From: Octopus bimaculoides
Taxonomy: Eukaryota
Direction of reading: 5' to 3'
Length of the DNA: 64,000 nt
Assembly: GCF_001194135.2 (NCBI RefSeq)
Contig: NC_068981.1
Location: forward strand, 145,718,324 to 145,782,323
This document shows, piece after piece, positions 12,500 through 25,275 of the stretch; positions within the stretch are counted from its first letter, which is position 1, and the number at the start of each line of letters is the position of its first letter. Below the pieces are notes generated by a model. It saw only the letters and a program-made list of their open reading frames with translations. It was not told the origin of the DNA and made no database searches. The translations under genes and the position numbers were made by a program.

Positions 12500-12830
12500 C
12501 AACAGCAAAATAATCGCTACCTTCAAGGACGCCGATATCAACAACAATAGCACCAGTACCAACAACAGCGGTAGCAGCAGCGTGAACACTAGCAAATACA
12601 ACATCGCCAACGCTCGCACATGGAAATACATCGGATGCTCCGATAACACGTTCAAGCCACGCCTCTCCAACCACAGGTCCTCTTTCGGGATACCGGAAAG
12701 AAAATACGCTACATCATTAGCCAGCCATGTATAGCGACTGAAGGACGAAAGAATTCCACACGGAATATCATGGAGAATCCTAGAAAATCCACGCCTCTAC
12801 ATAAACGGGACCAAGTGTTGTAAGGAGAAC
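12500..12830 (+). mobile_element. Penelope-like element GIY-YIG endonuclease fragment
   Basis: Translation WKYIGCSDNTFKPRLSNHRSSF...YATSLASHV*RLKDERIPHGISWRIL matches the PLE GIY-YIG pattern; it contains a stop codon. Confidence 0.8.
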
Positions 12831-13072
12831 ATCCTTAATTTCAGAATAGAAATCTTTGGACCCGGTTTGCACTTCAGGAAATTCCTGCTGGCGTCCTGGA
12901 ACCCACATAGAGTCGATTACTAATTATAGCCAAAAGTAGACAATCTACTGTTATTGACAGAGTAACGAAGTCTTTTCTTCCTCCAATTTCTAGAGAGGCC
13001 ACTTGCTACAGCGGCCATGTCCCAACAGGTTTTGGGGTCTGGTGATACGCTGTAAAGCTAAGCCGGTCTATG

Positions 13073-13133
13073 GGATTACCCTGGGTTTCACGTCCATAAA
13101 AACGTTTTATGGACGTGAAACCCAGGGTAATCC
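13073..13133. repeat. Near-perfect 61-bp palindrome
   Basis: ggattaccctgggtttcacgtccataaaa-acg-ttttatggacgtgaaacccagggtaatcc, with perfect 29-bp arms. Confidence 0.95.
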
Positions 13134-13689
13134 GAGACTGGCCTTATCTATCTAGTTTCATGTGTTTGCACGCGCGTGTACATAAATAACATAGATGTAT
13201 ATATAATATATATGTACATTACACACACACGCACATATTTATACACACATAGTTTACTATTCCGTTAACAACAAACTCCTCCGGTGAGAGATACATATCA
13301 TTTAATGTATACTGTATTAAAATGAGAGCTAGTCATTCCTTAACCAAGTGACCTTGTCTTATCGGCTGAGTGAAAATGATCCAACTTTAAATCTCTATAA
13401 CTTTTTAAAAACATTTTCAGGGGAAAATGAAATAACTCCAGCAATTCAGTTTGGGCAAGTGTATTATTGTGACAACGTTGGAGTAACCAGTGAACATCGA
13501 ACGATCAACATCAAGAAGGAAGAAATATTATTTACATATATTTATTCGTTTAAAGAGACAATAGTACTTGTAGTGATAGGGAGACAGAGAAGTTGTTGGC
13601 TGCCAGTAGAGAGGGAAAGAGTAAGGACTGCATGGTGCTGACTAGAAAGGATAAAGGTGGCTCTGCTTTGATTGGCTGTATGCAAATGA

Positions 13690-13931
13690 GTTCATTACTG
13701 AGGTCCGGAACTCTCGTGGGAAAAAAATTTCGCGTCCAGGAGAGTTGCAGGAGATTACGAAGTTGTCTGGAGGCCGTGGTTGAAGCCATTGGCGATGTTA
13801 TTGAATAAATTTACTCTTTAGTATTTCAAGATACTTTTCTATAATGTTGGTAAAAATATTTGTTAAAACGAAATGTCACAGTTATTTTCATTTTTGTGTA
13901 ATTTAGAAAATAGTTTATTCACTGCACCCTG
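13690..13931 (+). mobile_element. 3' end of a maT (Tc1/mariner) element
   Basis: Matches 30660-30859 and ends ttattcactgcaccctg followed by TA. Confidence 0.8.
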
Positions 13932-14537
13932 TATATGTATATTATGTATATATGTAACCACACACATACACAGACACACACACACATTGCCAGTAGAACC
14001 CTTTCTTCCATTTCGGAGTACGTAACCAGCTATAACTTTTTCACTTTTGAATTCTTTTCTCCTGGATTCTATATTTAGTTTGAATGCAGGATATTATGAC
14101 TGTCGAAAAATTATTTCCCCATATTCTGTTCCTTGTTATATTGGTAGGTGCCCGCTTCTTACACACCTCAAACGGTATATTTCATATGGCTCTATGTCCA
14201 AGAAGTGAAACAGGATGTAGCGTATGTAGGAGGGGAAAGTGGCAAGTCTCCCTCGGCGTCGCTTTTAAGTCTACTGTATAAAACTTGTGTTGGCTATATT
14301 GCTGGAGGATAGGGTGGTGCATAAACAACAGCTACTCTGGGTGACCTATACTTGTGGAAATTGCAACCACGTCCCCCTCAAATCATGCTACGCTACCTTA
14401 TGTATGTATACTGTATATGTATGAACAAACAAAAAAGAACTTTATGCCATAACACGATCTGCTTAAAATAATAGCTCCTATACACACCTGCATGTGTATG
14501 TATACATACACACACACACACACATATATATATATAT

Positions 14538-14730
14538 TACTCTTTTACTTGTTTCAGTCATTTGACTGCGGCCATGCTGAAGCACCGCCTTTAGTCGAGC
14601 AAATCGACCTCAGGACGTATTCTTTGTAAGCCTAGTACTTATTCTATCGTTCTCTTTTGCCGAACCGCTAGTTTACGGTGACGTAAATACACCAGCATCG
14701 GTTGTCAAGCGATGTTAGGGGGACAAACAG

Positions 14731-14769
<39 letters not shown>

Positions 14770-14922
14770 CGACGGGCTTCTTTTCAGTTTCCGTCTACAA
14801 AATCCACTCACAAGGCTTTGACCGGCCCGAGGCTATAGTAAAAGACACTTGCCCAAGGTGCCACGCAGTGAAACTGAACTCGGAACCATGTGGTTGGTAA
14901 GCAAGCTACTTACCACACAGCC
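14538..14922 (-). mobile_element. SINE family A, near full length
   Basis: Same sequence as the other family A copies, with an internal (CA)(TA) microsatellite. Confidence 0.9.
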
Positions 14923-15087
14923 NNNNNNNNNNNNNNNNNNNNNNNNNNNNNNNNNNNNNNNNNNNNNNNNNNNNNNNNNNNNNNNNNNNNNNNNNNNNNN
15001 NNNNNNNNNNNNNNNNNNNNNNNNNNNNNNNNNNNNNNNNNNNNNNNNNNNNNNNNNNNNNNNNNNNNNNNNNNNNNNNNNNNNNNN

Positions 15088-15124
<37 letters not shown>

Positions 15125-15155
15125 TAAATGTTAAGGGAACAGGTATTTCATAATC

Positions 15156-15257
15156 AACTTCATTAGCTTACAGCTGTTTCTCTTATAAAATGCAGTGCAC
15201 TCAGAATTGAATGCTTGTACATCTTTATAGCAGAAACAACTGTAAGTTAATGAAGTT
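15156..15257. repeat. Inverted repeat (26-bp arms, 24/26 matching)
   Basis: aacttcattagcttacagctgtttct at 15156-15181 and agaaacaactgtaagttaatgaagtt at 15232-15257. Confidence 0.8.
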
Positions 15258-15438
15258 CATTATACAAGTCATGTTCCTTTGTCATTTATTTAATTTCATA
15301 TTACGATCTGTACTCTACTAGCGCTTTATCCAGAATGTGGCCTATGTATATTGAGTGTCTAAAACCAGGTTATTAGTATCGTTACTCCCAACAGAAATTT
15401 TAATATACATACACACACACACACATATTTATGTACAC

Positions 15439-15469
<31 letters not shown>

Positions 15470-16297
15470 CGTACGTACCTACACACATCTACACATACGT
15501 GTGCGTGTGTATGTACACATACATATATGCAGTAATACCTCACTTCACGCTCTTTTACCTTTAAGTCAATATTCAGTAGGACAGTAGTATAAGCTAAAAT
15601 TTAAGACATTATGATTCATGCTTATGCAAACTTCTATTTACACACAAATTGCTCACAATTTTCTTACTCATCATGAGTAGAGACAACCTATTTCTATAAT
15701 CTCCAGAATGCCAAAAGCTGATCTTTATACAATGTAAATGAAACGGTTTTGTTTTATTTTGTTTTTTTTTCTTGAAAAGTATGCAATCCTGTGTTTTTAT
15801 CTTATGAGGAAGGAATAACATTCTTGGGTTCAGACGATATGTGCATCCCTGATCACGAGCAGAAGTAGTGGGGGAGAGCATCATAGCCATGTGTTAAGAG
15901 GAATTCTTTGGGGTTTGGATAATTCACCCCTGGAAACATGGGTGCTTCATTCAACATCCTTAAACAACTCTTATTCAGGGACCTTTTGAGCGGGATGTGC
16001 TACTCAACCTGAAGAAAATTCTAACTAGGCCCCACCTGCAAGGTCATGCACTGTTTATCTTGATATAAGATCACCATGTCGCGCACATATGGCTGTGATG
16101 CATGTGCCTGGTGTACCCTTATCGGACGGATAGTCATGATGGGTATACTGGGCTTTGTATATTTTACCCCAGTGTTACTTTGATGGCATGCACTGCTCTC
16201 TCACTCAATAATAATAATACTTTCTACTATAGGCCGCCTTAATAATAAAACTACTACTACTACTACTACTACTAATAATAATAATAATAATAATCCT

Positions 16298-16643
16298 TTC
16301 TACTAAAAGCACAAGACCTGAAATTTGGTGGGAGGGGACCAGTTGATTAGATCGACCCCAGTACGCAACTGGTACTTAACTTATCAACCCCGAAAGGATG
16401 AGAGGCAAAGTCGACCTCGGCGGAAATTGAATTCANNNNNNNNNNNNNNNNNNNNNNNNNNNNNNNNNNNNNNNNNNNNNNNNNNNNNNNNNNNNNNNNN
16501 NNNNNNNNNNNNNNNNNNNNNNNNNNNNNNNNNNNNNNNNNNNNNNNNNNNNNNNNNNNNNNNNNNNNNNNNNNNNNNNNNNNNNNNNNNNACCGCTAAG
16601 CATTTCGCCCGGCGTGCTAACGACTCTGCCAGCCCGCTGCCTT
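16298..16643 (-). mobile_element. SINE family B (contains an N gap)
   Basis: Reverse complement of the 5748/6544 element. Confidence 0.8.
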
Positions 16644-16667
16644 AATAATAATAATAATAATAATAAT

Positions 16668-17017
16668 CAATACCAGCGGATGACAACGTTTCTCTAAAAG
16701 AAATGGAAAAACTTTCAAAATACAAAGACCTGGAAATAGAGATAACTCGAATGTGGAATCTAAAAACAGAAACAATTCCTATCATAGTAGGTGCCTTAAG
16801 TGTAATAAAAAAATATTCAGACAAATACATAACAAAAACACCAGGACTTACAAATATATATAACATACAGAAAATTGCACTACTGGGCACTGCACACATT
16901 CTAAGCAAAACACTTCCAATGCAGTAAACATAAGAGCACCACAGCACATACCCAAGGCGCACAGAGCTGCGCTCGGTAGTGAAGTGAAAGCACGTTATAA
17001 AAATAAAACTACTGAAC
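16668..17017 (+). mobile_element. R4/Dong-type non-LTR retrotransposon 3' end (restriction-like endonuclease tail)
   Basis: EKLSKYKDLEIEITRMWNLKTETIPIIVGAL...IQKIALLGTAHIL, flanked by (TAA)n on both sides. Confidence 0.85.
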
Positions 17018-17055
<38 letters not shown>

Positions 17056-17119
17056 TAATAATAATAACTGGTTGTCACTCCCGTCGATTTTGAAGGTGAG
17101 GATTTAAAAATAGAAAAAA

Positions 17120-17612
17120 TTAAAAATAAAAGAAGCTGCATCTATTTGCGATGGATGCATGAACGTAATTTGAGCCGAGGTATGGATTTTGGTATGAAGT
17201 CACAATAGGAACACTGATGGTTTTGATTTTGCCTGGGATTGGACAAATGTGTCTGTTGATTGCAAGATACATTTCCTTTATTATTCTGTTTCTTGAAACC
17301 AAATTGTTTTGATGCACCATGATATATTTCACAGCTTGCAGATTGATTTAGGCAATAGCTTTCCCAAGATGACAAATGAAGCAGTAGAGATTTTTAATGA
17401 TTGCTTCAATTTATCCTTATACCTAAGGACGAGTTTTCCCTTGCCACGGTATCCCTCTACTTGATGGCCATACGAAAGAATTTTCGGAATGCGATCATCT
17501 TTCATTCGAATATGTCCTACCCATCTGTACTGAATTCACAGCAGCATGCTTTTGATACTAGATACATCACATTTTTCTAACATTTGATATCTAATCTTGC
17601 CATTTTATAGCA
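17120..17612 (-). mobile_element. RTE-clade LINE 3' end, decayed
   Basis: IKWQDKISNV, DRIPKILSYG, LRYKDKLKQSL and WES, followed by a C-x2-C zinc finger (HQCSYCDF). Confidence 0.75.
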
Positions 17613-17651
17613 AAATAATAACAATAATAATAATAATAATAATAATAATGA

Positions 17652-18003
17652 TCAAAATACAAAGACCTGGAAATGGAGGTAACTCGAATGTGGAATCTAA
17701 TCAAAATACAAAGACCTGGAAATAGAGGTAACTCGAATGTGGAATCTAAAAACAGAAACAATTCCTATTATAGTAGGTGCCTTAGGTATAGTAAAAAAAT
17801 ATTCAGACAAATACATAACAAAAACACCAGGACTTACAAATATATATAACATACAGAAAATTGCACTGCTGGGCACTGCACACATCCTACGCAAAACACT
17901 TTCAATACAGTAACCATAAGAACACCACAGCACATACCCAAGGCGCACAGAGCTGCGCTCGGTAGTGAAGTGAAAGCATGTTATAAAAATAAAACTACTG
18001 AAC
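17652..18003 (+). mobile_element. Second R4/Dong-type 3' end, with a 49-bp duplication at its 5' junction
   Basis: Near-identical to 16668-17017 and flanked by (TAA)n; 17652-17700 is repeated at 17701-17749. Confidence 0.85.
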
Positions 18004-18062
18004 AATAATAATAATAATAATAATAATAATGATAATAATAATAATAATAATAATAAACAATA

Positions 18063-18930
18063 AGTGATGAGCTGCAGGCCAACCGACTTTTCTCTGCTTG
18101 ATTTAGTTCCTGTTGCCACCTCATAGACCCTTAGAGCAGTGGCGATCACCTTGATGTACTTAGCGTCCATCGCTATTACAGTGACGTGGTCCACATATGT
18201 CAGCACAGATCTTCCCCATCCTAGTTCTCACGAGATGCCTTTCAATGTCTGATTTCCGCAGTAGTGACTCGAGGACCAATAAATACATGACAAGTGGAGA
18301 GACAGCTTTGAAGGCCCAAGTGGATATATTGAATGACACCAATAGGTGACCATTCACCCTATCCATCGAGTAGAAGTCACCCTACATTATAATGATCCAA
18401 CCCTTGACGACGAGATTGAAACCAGCTGCTGTGAGGACAGCCATCAAGTATTGGCAGTCGACTTTATTGAAAGCTTTCAGTTGATCTAAGTTTTTCAGAG
18501 CCCCACTCGTGCTAGGTTCTTTCCCAGCCCTCTCTATGAGGTGGAGGTTGCACTGGACAGATCTGTTCAGGATGACACATATTTGTGCCTCGCCTATCAG
18601 ATCATTGATGACAAGCGCCAAACTCTTTGCTGATACCTTAGGTAAAATCTTGAAAGCAACAATTATCAACGTGGCTATTCTTGCCCAGGTCTTTTCTTAG
18701 CAGCACTACTCTTTTTTGACTCACAACAACGAGGATTCTCCTGTTCTGCTGCCAGTTGCAGTAGACATCTGCCAAGAGATCACTGAACAAGTCTAGCATA
18801 TAAATGCAAAGGGTGTAGGACTGATCATCGAAGCCAAGCTAAGTTTTCCTGGATTTTGGTGGGTGTTTTTAGTTTCCCACAATACTCCATCTCTGCTGCC
18901 TAGAGTTGTAGCAGGCTGTTGAAGTAGGCA
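18063..18930 (-). mobile_element. L1/Tx1-clade reverse transcriptase fragment
   Basis: FKILPKVSAKSLALVI, NLDQLKAFNKVD, RVNGHL, SPLVMYLLVLESLLRK, YVDHVTV (degenerate YADD) and REKSVGLQL. Confidence 0.85.
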
Positions 18931-19637
18931 TTAAAGTCCATCCTGCAATTTGACCTGCCACTTGCCTCAAACAGTTAAACAAGATACTGCCGAAAAGCTA
19001 CACAGATCTGCTTTGATTCAATTAGCACACATTCACCATGGTCAACCAAAGACCAAATTATGTCTAATGCAATTTTGCACCTCTGCCACCTGGGACCATC
19101 AAACAGTTTTCATTCCTTTGTGCTTTAGTGCATGCACCTTAACTCTGACAATGCAGATTTCAGGGTTCGTGTTGAAGAATTGGTCAAGTGCCAATCTTGC
19201 TGCAATCACATCAGTCATAGATTTGTTTCAGTTCACATATTTTTTCCATGCTAGCACAAGGGGTAGTTAAGGTAAGATTTTCACAACTGGATGCTCTTCC
19301 TGTCACCAATCCTTACCTGCTTTTCAAGTGGATATTTCTAGAGAAATTAGAATGCAGAGAAGTAGCAACTGATTTGTTGATAGAAGATGTCTACACAATA
19401 TTACTGTTCTCAGTTCAGCCATAAATGATAATGTTACCATTTGTAATTGAGCTTCAAACAGTGACATTTGTAGCAGTAGTTCAGTGTAGTTGTATGATGA
19501 CTGAAGCTTGAACATTTTTGACTGTAGATATCCTGAAATAGGACTGAACCTAGGTTAAGCAAAACAATTTTTTACATTTTTTTAAAGCCAAAACAATGCA
19601 AGTTATATGAAGTCAATGATTTGCACTTTTAACTTGT

Positions 19638-19685
19638 ATTTCAATATTTCGAGATTTCGAGGTCAGGACCTCTTCATCAGGAAAT
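19638..19685 (-). ncRNA. Minimal type I hammerhead ribozyme candidate with an intact core
   Basis: AUUUC-CUGAUGA-A-GAGGU(CCUG)ACCUC-GAAA-U(CUCGAAAU)A-UU-GAAAU: stem I of 5 bp, stem II of 5 bp, AUU triplet; stem III is only 2 bp. Confidence 0.5.
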
Positions 19686-19897
19686 CTTTAGAGAAATAGT
19701 GTTATAAGCTGACTTCTCTGTTTTGTAGTGTATGTATATGAAAGGCTGCTTTGCATGCTATAGTAGCCAATCAGCTGGGTACAGTTTAACTCTGTTGCTA
19801 ATATGTGGATTGGTCTTGCTAAATATTATTTGATCTAGTTAAAATATCTTAAAAAATTGTATGACAAGTAAAATTTCTTTTTTAACTTTTTCATCAA

Positions 19898-20112
19898 CCC
19901 TTTAGCATTCAAACTATATTAATTGCAATGCTTATTTATTCACATTGTTTAGAGTTAATTATGTATTATCTCATACCTTTGAAATTTGATAATATGATTG
20001 CTTATTTTTAGAATGACACTGTAAGGTAGATGTAAGAGTTTAGACCTGCCAGTTTGAACATAAAACAGGTAGAATATTTGGGCCAGATATGGCTCATTTA
20101 AATGCTAAAGGG
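19898..20112. mobile_element. piggyBac-type MITE (CCCTTTAGCATT...AATGCTAAAGGG)
   Basis: Inverted termini and a right TTAA. Related copies at about 27650-27864, 56400-56602, 59221-59773, 60025-60250 and 60784-61005. Confidence 0.8.
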
Positions 20113-22754
20113 TTAAATCAATATAGCATTCTTGATGGCATAAAAGACAAAAATGTACCCTAATTTCAGCAGTACATATTCAGGAAAAAAGTTTTTAGTG
20201 CCTTAAAGTTTATAGCATGCTTGACTTTGCATACCCCTGTGATTTTTTAAAAGAATTTTTGAGAAAAAAAAAATGTTCACCTAATATGCCATCAAATATG
20301 GAAATTATGTATGTCAATGCAGAATTTTGTTTGTGATAAAGCCTGAAGTTATAATGAAAAGAAACCAAGGGAAAAAGACAAAATTATGTCAAAAAGAAAA
20401 GAAAATTGTTTTTTAAAAATAACTTATTCCATATAATTAAACATTAAAATAGTTAGTCATTGTCTCATACCTTGATCACTGAGCATATTAAAACAAAAAT
20501 TCAGAATACCTTCCGAAAATATTAATTTATTACAATTCCATTTGAAAAGAAAATTGTGAAAAACAAAAGAAATCATTTGTTTTCTATTTTAATCCACAAA
20601 ATAATAATTTAAAAATAAGAATAGACCTAAATTATATATATACATATATATATGCATGCATATATAAATATATTTATATTTTGATATGTAATATATATAT
20701 ATATGTATTACACACACACATATATATATGTATGTATTATATTTATATCGACATATATATAAATATGTGAGTGCGAGTATATTATATTATATTATATATA
20801 TATATAAAAAACCATGTATAAAGTGCATAAAATATATTGAACAAATGGCAAGTGTAAAAAAACATAAAATCATTTTTAAACAAAAAAGAAAAAACCCATT
20901 AACAAGAAAATAGACATCTGAAGGGAGAAAAATATAACAATATTAAATAAAATCACAAATTTTACCTCATATTTATATAGTAAATAAATAGATGAATAAA
21001 TAAATAATTGGCCAGTTTCATTTCCTTATGACTGTGTCTTTTATGTAGTGTTGTATTGGTTAGTCTTGATTCCATTTTAGCAAATAATTTACTGTATTTT
21101 CCATCATATAAGACACAGATTTTTTGCCCCCAAAATATGTATCTAAAACATGAAATCACTTTAAAAATCATTTTCACTAAATGTTATAATAAAGCATATA
21201 CCCCATAAAATATCTCTGTAACAATAGGGGTGCATCTAATTCGATGGCAAATATAGTATATAAGAGTTACATAGGACAAGAAGACTTACATAAGATTGAG
21301 AAATGACAAGGCACTGGTCATATTTTAACGTTAATCATTCAGGAGAAAAATAATGCCAAAAACCATAAAAAAAAAAAAAACTCCCCCCCCCCCCNNNNNN
21401 NNNNNNNNNNNNNNNNNNNNNNNNNNNNNNNNNNNNNNNNNNNNNNNNNNNNNNNNNNNNNNNNNNNNNNNNNNNNNNNNNNNNNNNNNNNNNNNNNNNN
21501 NNNNNNNNNNNNNNNNNNNNNNNNNNNNNNNNNNNNNNNNNNNNNNNNNNNNNNNNNNNNNNNNNNNNNNNNNNNNNNNNNNNNNNNNNNNNNNNNNNNN
21601 NNNNNNNNNNNCTGTCATATATATATATATATATATATATATGAACACAAAGACGTATACACATACGCATGCACTTACATGTGCACACACACACACACAC
21701 ACATAGGTGTATACATAAGTGTATGTGATTGTATGTATGTTTTTATGTTTATGCTTGACTTTCACTACTTGACAACTAATGTTAAATGCTTATATTCCTG
21801 TAACTTAGAGGTTCAGCAAAAAAAAAAAAATAAAAAAGACTGATAGAATAAGTACCAGACTTACAAAAAGAAGTCTGATGTCAACTTGATTGACTAAAAC
21901 TCTTGATGCTGTTGCCCCAGTATGACCATAGTCCAACGATGACAGAAAGAAGAAAAATACTAAAACAACAAAAGAATATTTTTGTTCAACTGTTTCATCT
22001 GCCAGTAATGAACTCTGTGTATGAAAGAACAAAGTTATTGCAAATTTCATATAGAAATGAAAATGACTTAAATTCCATACTAGAGTAAAGATGCTTAAAG
22101 AGTTTCTCAGAGATTAGAAAAAAAAAACTAGAAGTTACGCACCTAAATACAATATAGAAAATGTTTTTGGTTCATTTCAATTCCTAAGAATAATAGTAAA
22201 CATTATAAACACCAATTTGAGGCAGAAAAGAAGTAAAAAGCTCATAACAGGACTTCAACCACATATATATTGCTTATCAGGGAACTATTTTACTAATGAT
22301 GCAAATAAACTGCCTGCAGTACATTCTTCTCAAATCAATTCTTTAATGCTATTTTAGCTATACAATAGATCCATTGTTTTGAATCCTTTCATGAATCTAT
22401 TGTTCTTTTCAAGCTGAAATTGGTGCCAGTTTTGTAGACAATAAATATTACCAAAAATTTTAATCAAATATGTGAGTCAGTTGGCATTCCTGTTTTTGTA
22501 TTGTATTTTATACACCATGGTTGGTTATGTTTAGAACATGTTTCACACTTCACAACATTCTCCACAGTTTATGGATCCAAACACTGAGGAAGATGCACAA
22601 CATATTGGCTTCTGTTACATATGAACAGATATAAGAACTCTAACATCCAACTGTGGTTCAGCAGCAGTATTATAAGAATCATTATGAAAAATACATTCAT
22701 CAAAAGAACTGTTTTTATTTGCAGATTTTATTAAGCTTTCTTGTAATCATCAAG

Positions 22755-23170
22755 TTTGTAAGTTTTAACAGAACATGGTGGAAGATCTTTGTAATTGATA
22801 GTACATGCTCATCCTTTGTTAAATCTAACAGTTGCATAAAATAAATTAGCATCAACAAACAGAACTTCAACTAAAGGATCTGTTTTTGATTGGTGGACAT
22901 GTTTCCTAAAGAAAACATTTCCACCAGGCAGGCATCATCCAAATAAGTTTAGTTTTCACTATTTGTTGTATATCCTACAAAAACAAAGAACCTTTAACGT
23001 GATGTGCAGTTAGAACCAATAAATATGACCTCGTTGAATGTAAGGTTTCTCAGAGAATTAACTCCAATTTGGAGATTTGTAGATTTCAAAGCTAACTGTA
23101 TGCTCTTTCGCAATGTACTATTATGTAGTTACCATAGACTATTCCTCTGTCAATTGTTTGGAGTACCACT
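22755..23170 (-). mobile_element. Gypsy-type LTR retrotransposon integrase C-terminal fragment
   Basis: NSTLRKSIQLALKSTNL...PGGNVFFRKHVHQSKTDPLVEVLFVDANLFYATVRF...YKDLPP, with stop codons. It resembles the recalled consensus PGPVLLRRHVR.SK.DPLV.EV.L..ANP.YA.VR...RDLAP. Confidence 0.7.
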
Positions 23171-24692
23171 CAAACACTGAGGTCAATTTAATTGGTTAAC
23201 TCCCTTATTATTATCATTTGACTGTTGAGCCAGTGCAAGTGCACTGTGGTTGATATTACATTTAAAACATTACATATATATGCACTTGACAGATTTTACA
23301 TTTCACAACTGTGTATATCATATCATTTATATTGATAATGTCTTAGCAGTAAATCTATAATCTCTGTTTTGTCCTTGAATGAACATCAGAAATTATAAAG
23401 AAAAATACTTAAAAACAAATAAAAACAACAATCCCTCTCCACCGAAAACAAACGTTAACAACAAAACATACAATAATGGAATCATGATGAATTCAAGTCA
23501 CAAGAACAACTTAGAAACAATATTAATGAACAGGCTGTATGTACATCATATGGAGAAACAGTTTTAGAAGAGCTGGCATAAATAGACATAAATAATACAG
23601 CATGAAATGTATAAATATTTAAAACAGGTTTGTTTGTTCACTTTATATCTGTTTTTCCATACTAACTTAGATTAGAGAAATACATATCAGTGAGACATTG
23701 TTTTTACAGTAAGATGTCCAACATGTCATTAACCTTTACTTGCTTTTCAAATAAGGATCTTTTCATTCCGCTCATCTTTGAAAGTGCAGAGCTACTGGAT
23801 AATTTGTTGACAGGGAAATGACAACAAACAACAACACTGTCCATGGTTCAGATCAATGATGACAGTAAACATTCACACAGACACACAAATGCGTACAAGC
23901 ATACATCTATGCATGTAAGCATACCTCTACCCATCGGCACACACACACATATATACATGATAATGATATATATCATCATCATCATAGTTTAACATCTACT
24001 TTCCATGCTGGTATGGGTTGGACATTTTGACATAGAAATGACTAGCAGGGAGCTGTCCAGACTACAACAGTCCATTGAGGCATGGTTTCTAAAGCTGGAT
24101 GCACTTCCTAATGCCAACCACTTAACAAAGTGTGCTGGGTGCTTTTTACATGTTACTGGCTCTATATAGTTTCTGTCTACCGAATTGATTCATGTTGGCC
24201 TGGGACTTTAGCTACTGTGTAATGAGAGTGAATCTGAAATTATGAATTATGAGTTAAATTAGAGAAGAATTTTATCTCCATCACTATCTGTATCAGTTCC
24301 AACTTTGAGTCAAAGTAGAATAACTCACTCTAATGTTCCAATTTTTGGTATGGCTTCCACAGTTTGATCCCCTTCCTAATACATACCACATTACAGTGCA
24401 GTGGGTGCATTTTATCATAGCACCATATTTAATGTGTACACCATCAGCATTTACATCTGTATTTCATGCTAATTAGGGGGGTTACGTTGGAAACCAATGT
24501 TTGCTTTGGCAATTTTTTTTTAGAGCAGAATGCCCTACTTAATTCCAACACTTAACAGTATTAGTTGTACCAAATGAAAGCATTAGTACTCAATACTATA
24601 GCTCACTACAATCAATATATTATTTGATCATAGTTAGACAAAAGTCAGAATTCCAACACTGAGTATGGTAGCAGTGCTACCATAAAGGTTAA

Positions 24693-24913
24693 CCCTTTTG
24701 ATAGCAACCTGCCTGAAACTCCTTGGTCCTATGATACAAATTCCATGTTTTAGAGTCATCTGAATTAAAATCTTCCTTTAAAATTTCATGTCAATCTATA
24801 ATCTATGCTATCAGCTTAATAATGACAAAGTTATCTTAATAAATTCTTCATTATTTTCAAAATTACTTGAAGCAATGGCAGTATATTTCAATAAAACTAT
24901 GGTTATGAAAGGG
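24693..24913. mobile_element. Second piggyBac-type MITE family
   Basis: TTAA-CCCTTT...AAAGGG-TTAA termini. Confidence 0.65.
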
Positions 24914-25059
24914 TTAAAGAGTAAAGACCCCTTTATGATCATGGAACCGCACCTAGATGATGATCATGGGACCGCACCTAGAAAGTTCCCCTCTGAGGCA
25001 CAAGTCCAGGCAAGTTTGTTTATGGAAGACCAGCAGTCACCCACACATACCAGCCTCCC

Positions 25060-25275
25060 CTCTCCACTCCACTGATGTTATCTAAGGGAAAAGCAAAGGC
25101 CAATACAGCTTGGCACCAATGACATCGCAACTCATTTCTACAGCTGAGTGAACTGGAGCAACGTGAAATAAAGTGTCTTGCTCAAGAACACAAAACACTG
25201 CCCAGTCCCGGAATTGAACTCACTACCTTATAATTGTGAGCCTGATGCTCTAACCACTGAGCCATGTGCCCTCAC
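25060..25275 (-). mobile_element. tRNA-derived SINE with a CORE-like central motif
   Basis: Contains cagctgagtgaactggagcaacgtgaaataaagtgtcttgctcaagaacac and a tRNA-like head; related to 3180-3395. Confidence 0.65.

Noticed and set aside
19313-19535. Minus-strand exon-like segment with a CAG|GTAAGG donor
   Set aside because: The donor lies inside a dispersed repeat (compare 35390-35440) and no frame gives a convincing protein.
1757-21765. Long ORFs full of X, and (VC)n, (HT)n, (ER)n or (YI)n ORFs
   Set aside because: Artefacts of N gaps and dinucleotide microsatellites.
22870-22975. Apparent minus-strand terminal exon (tttttgtag|gatatac...)
   Set aside because: The region translates as a decayed Gypsy integrase, so the acceptor-like sequence is coincidental.
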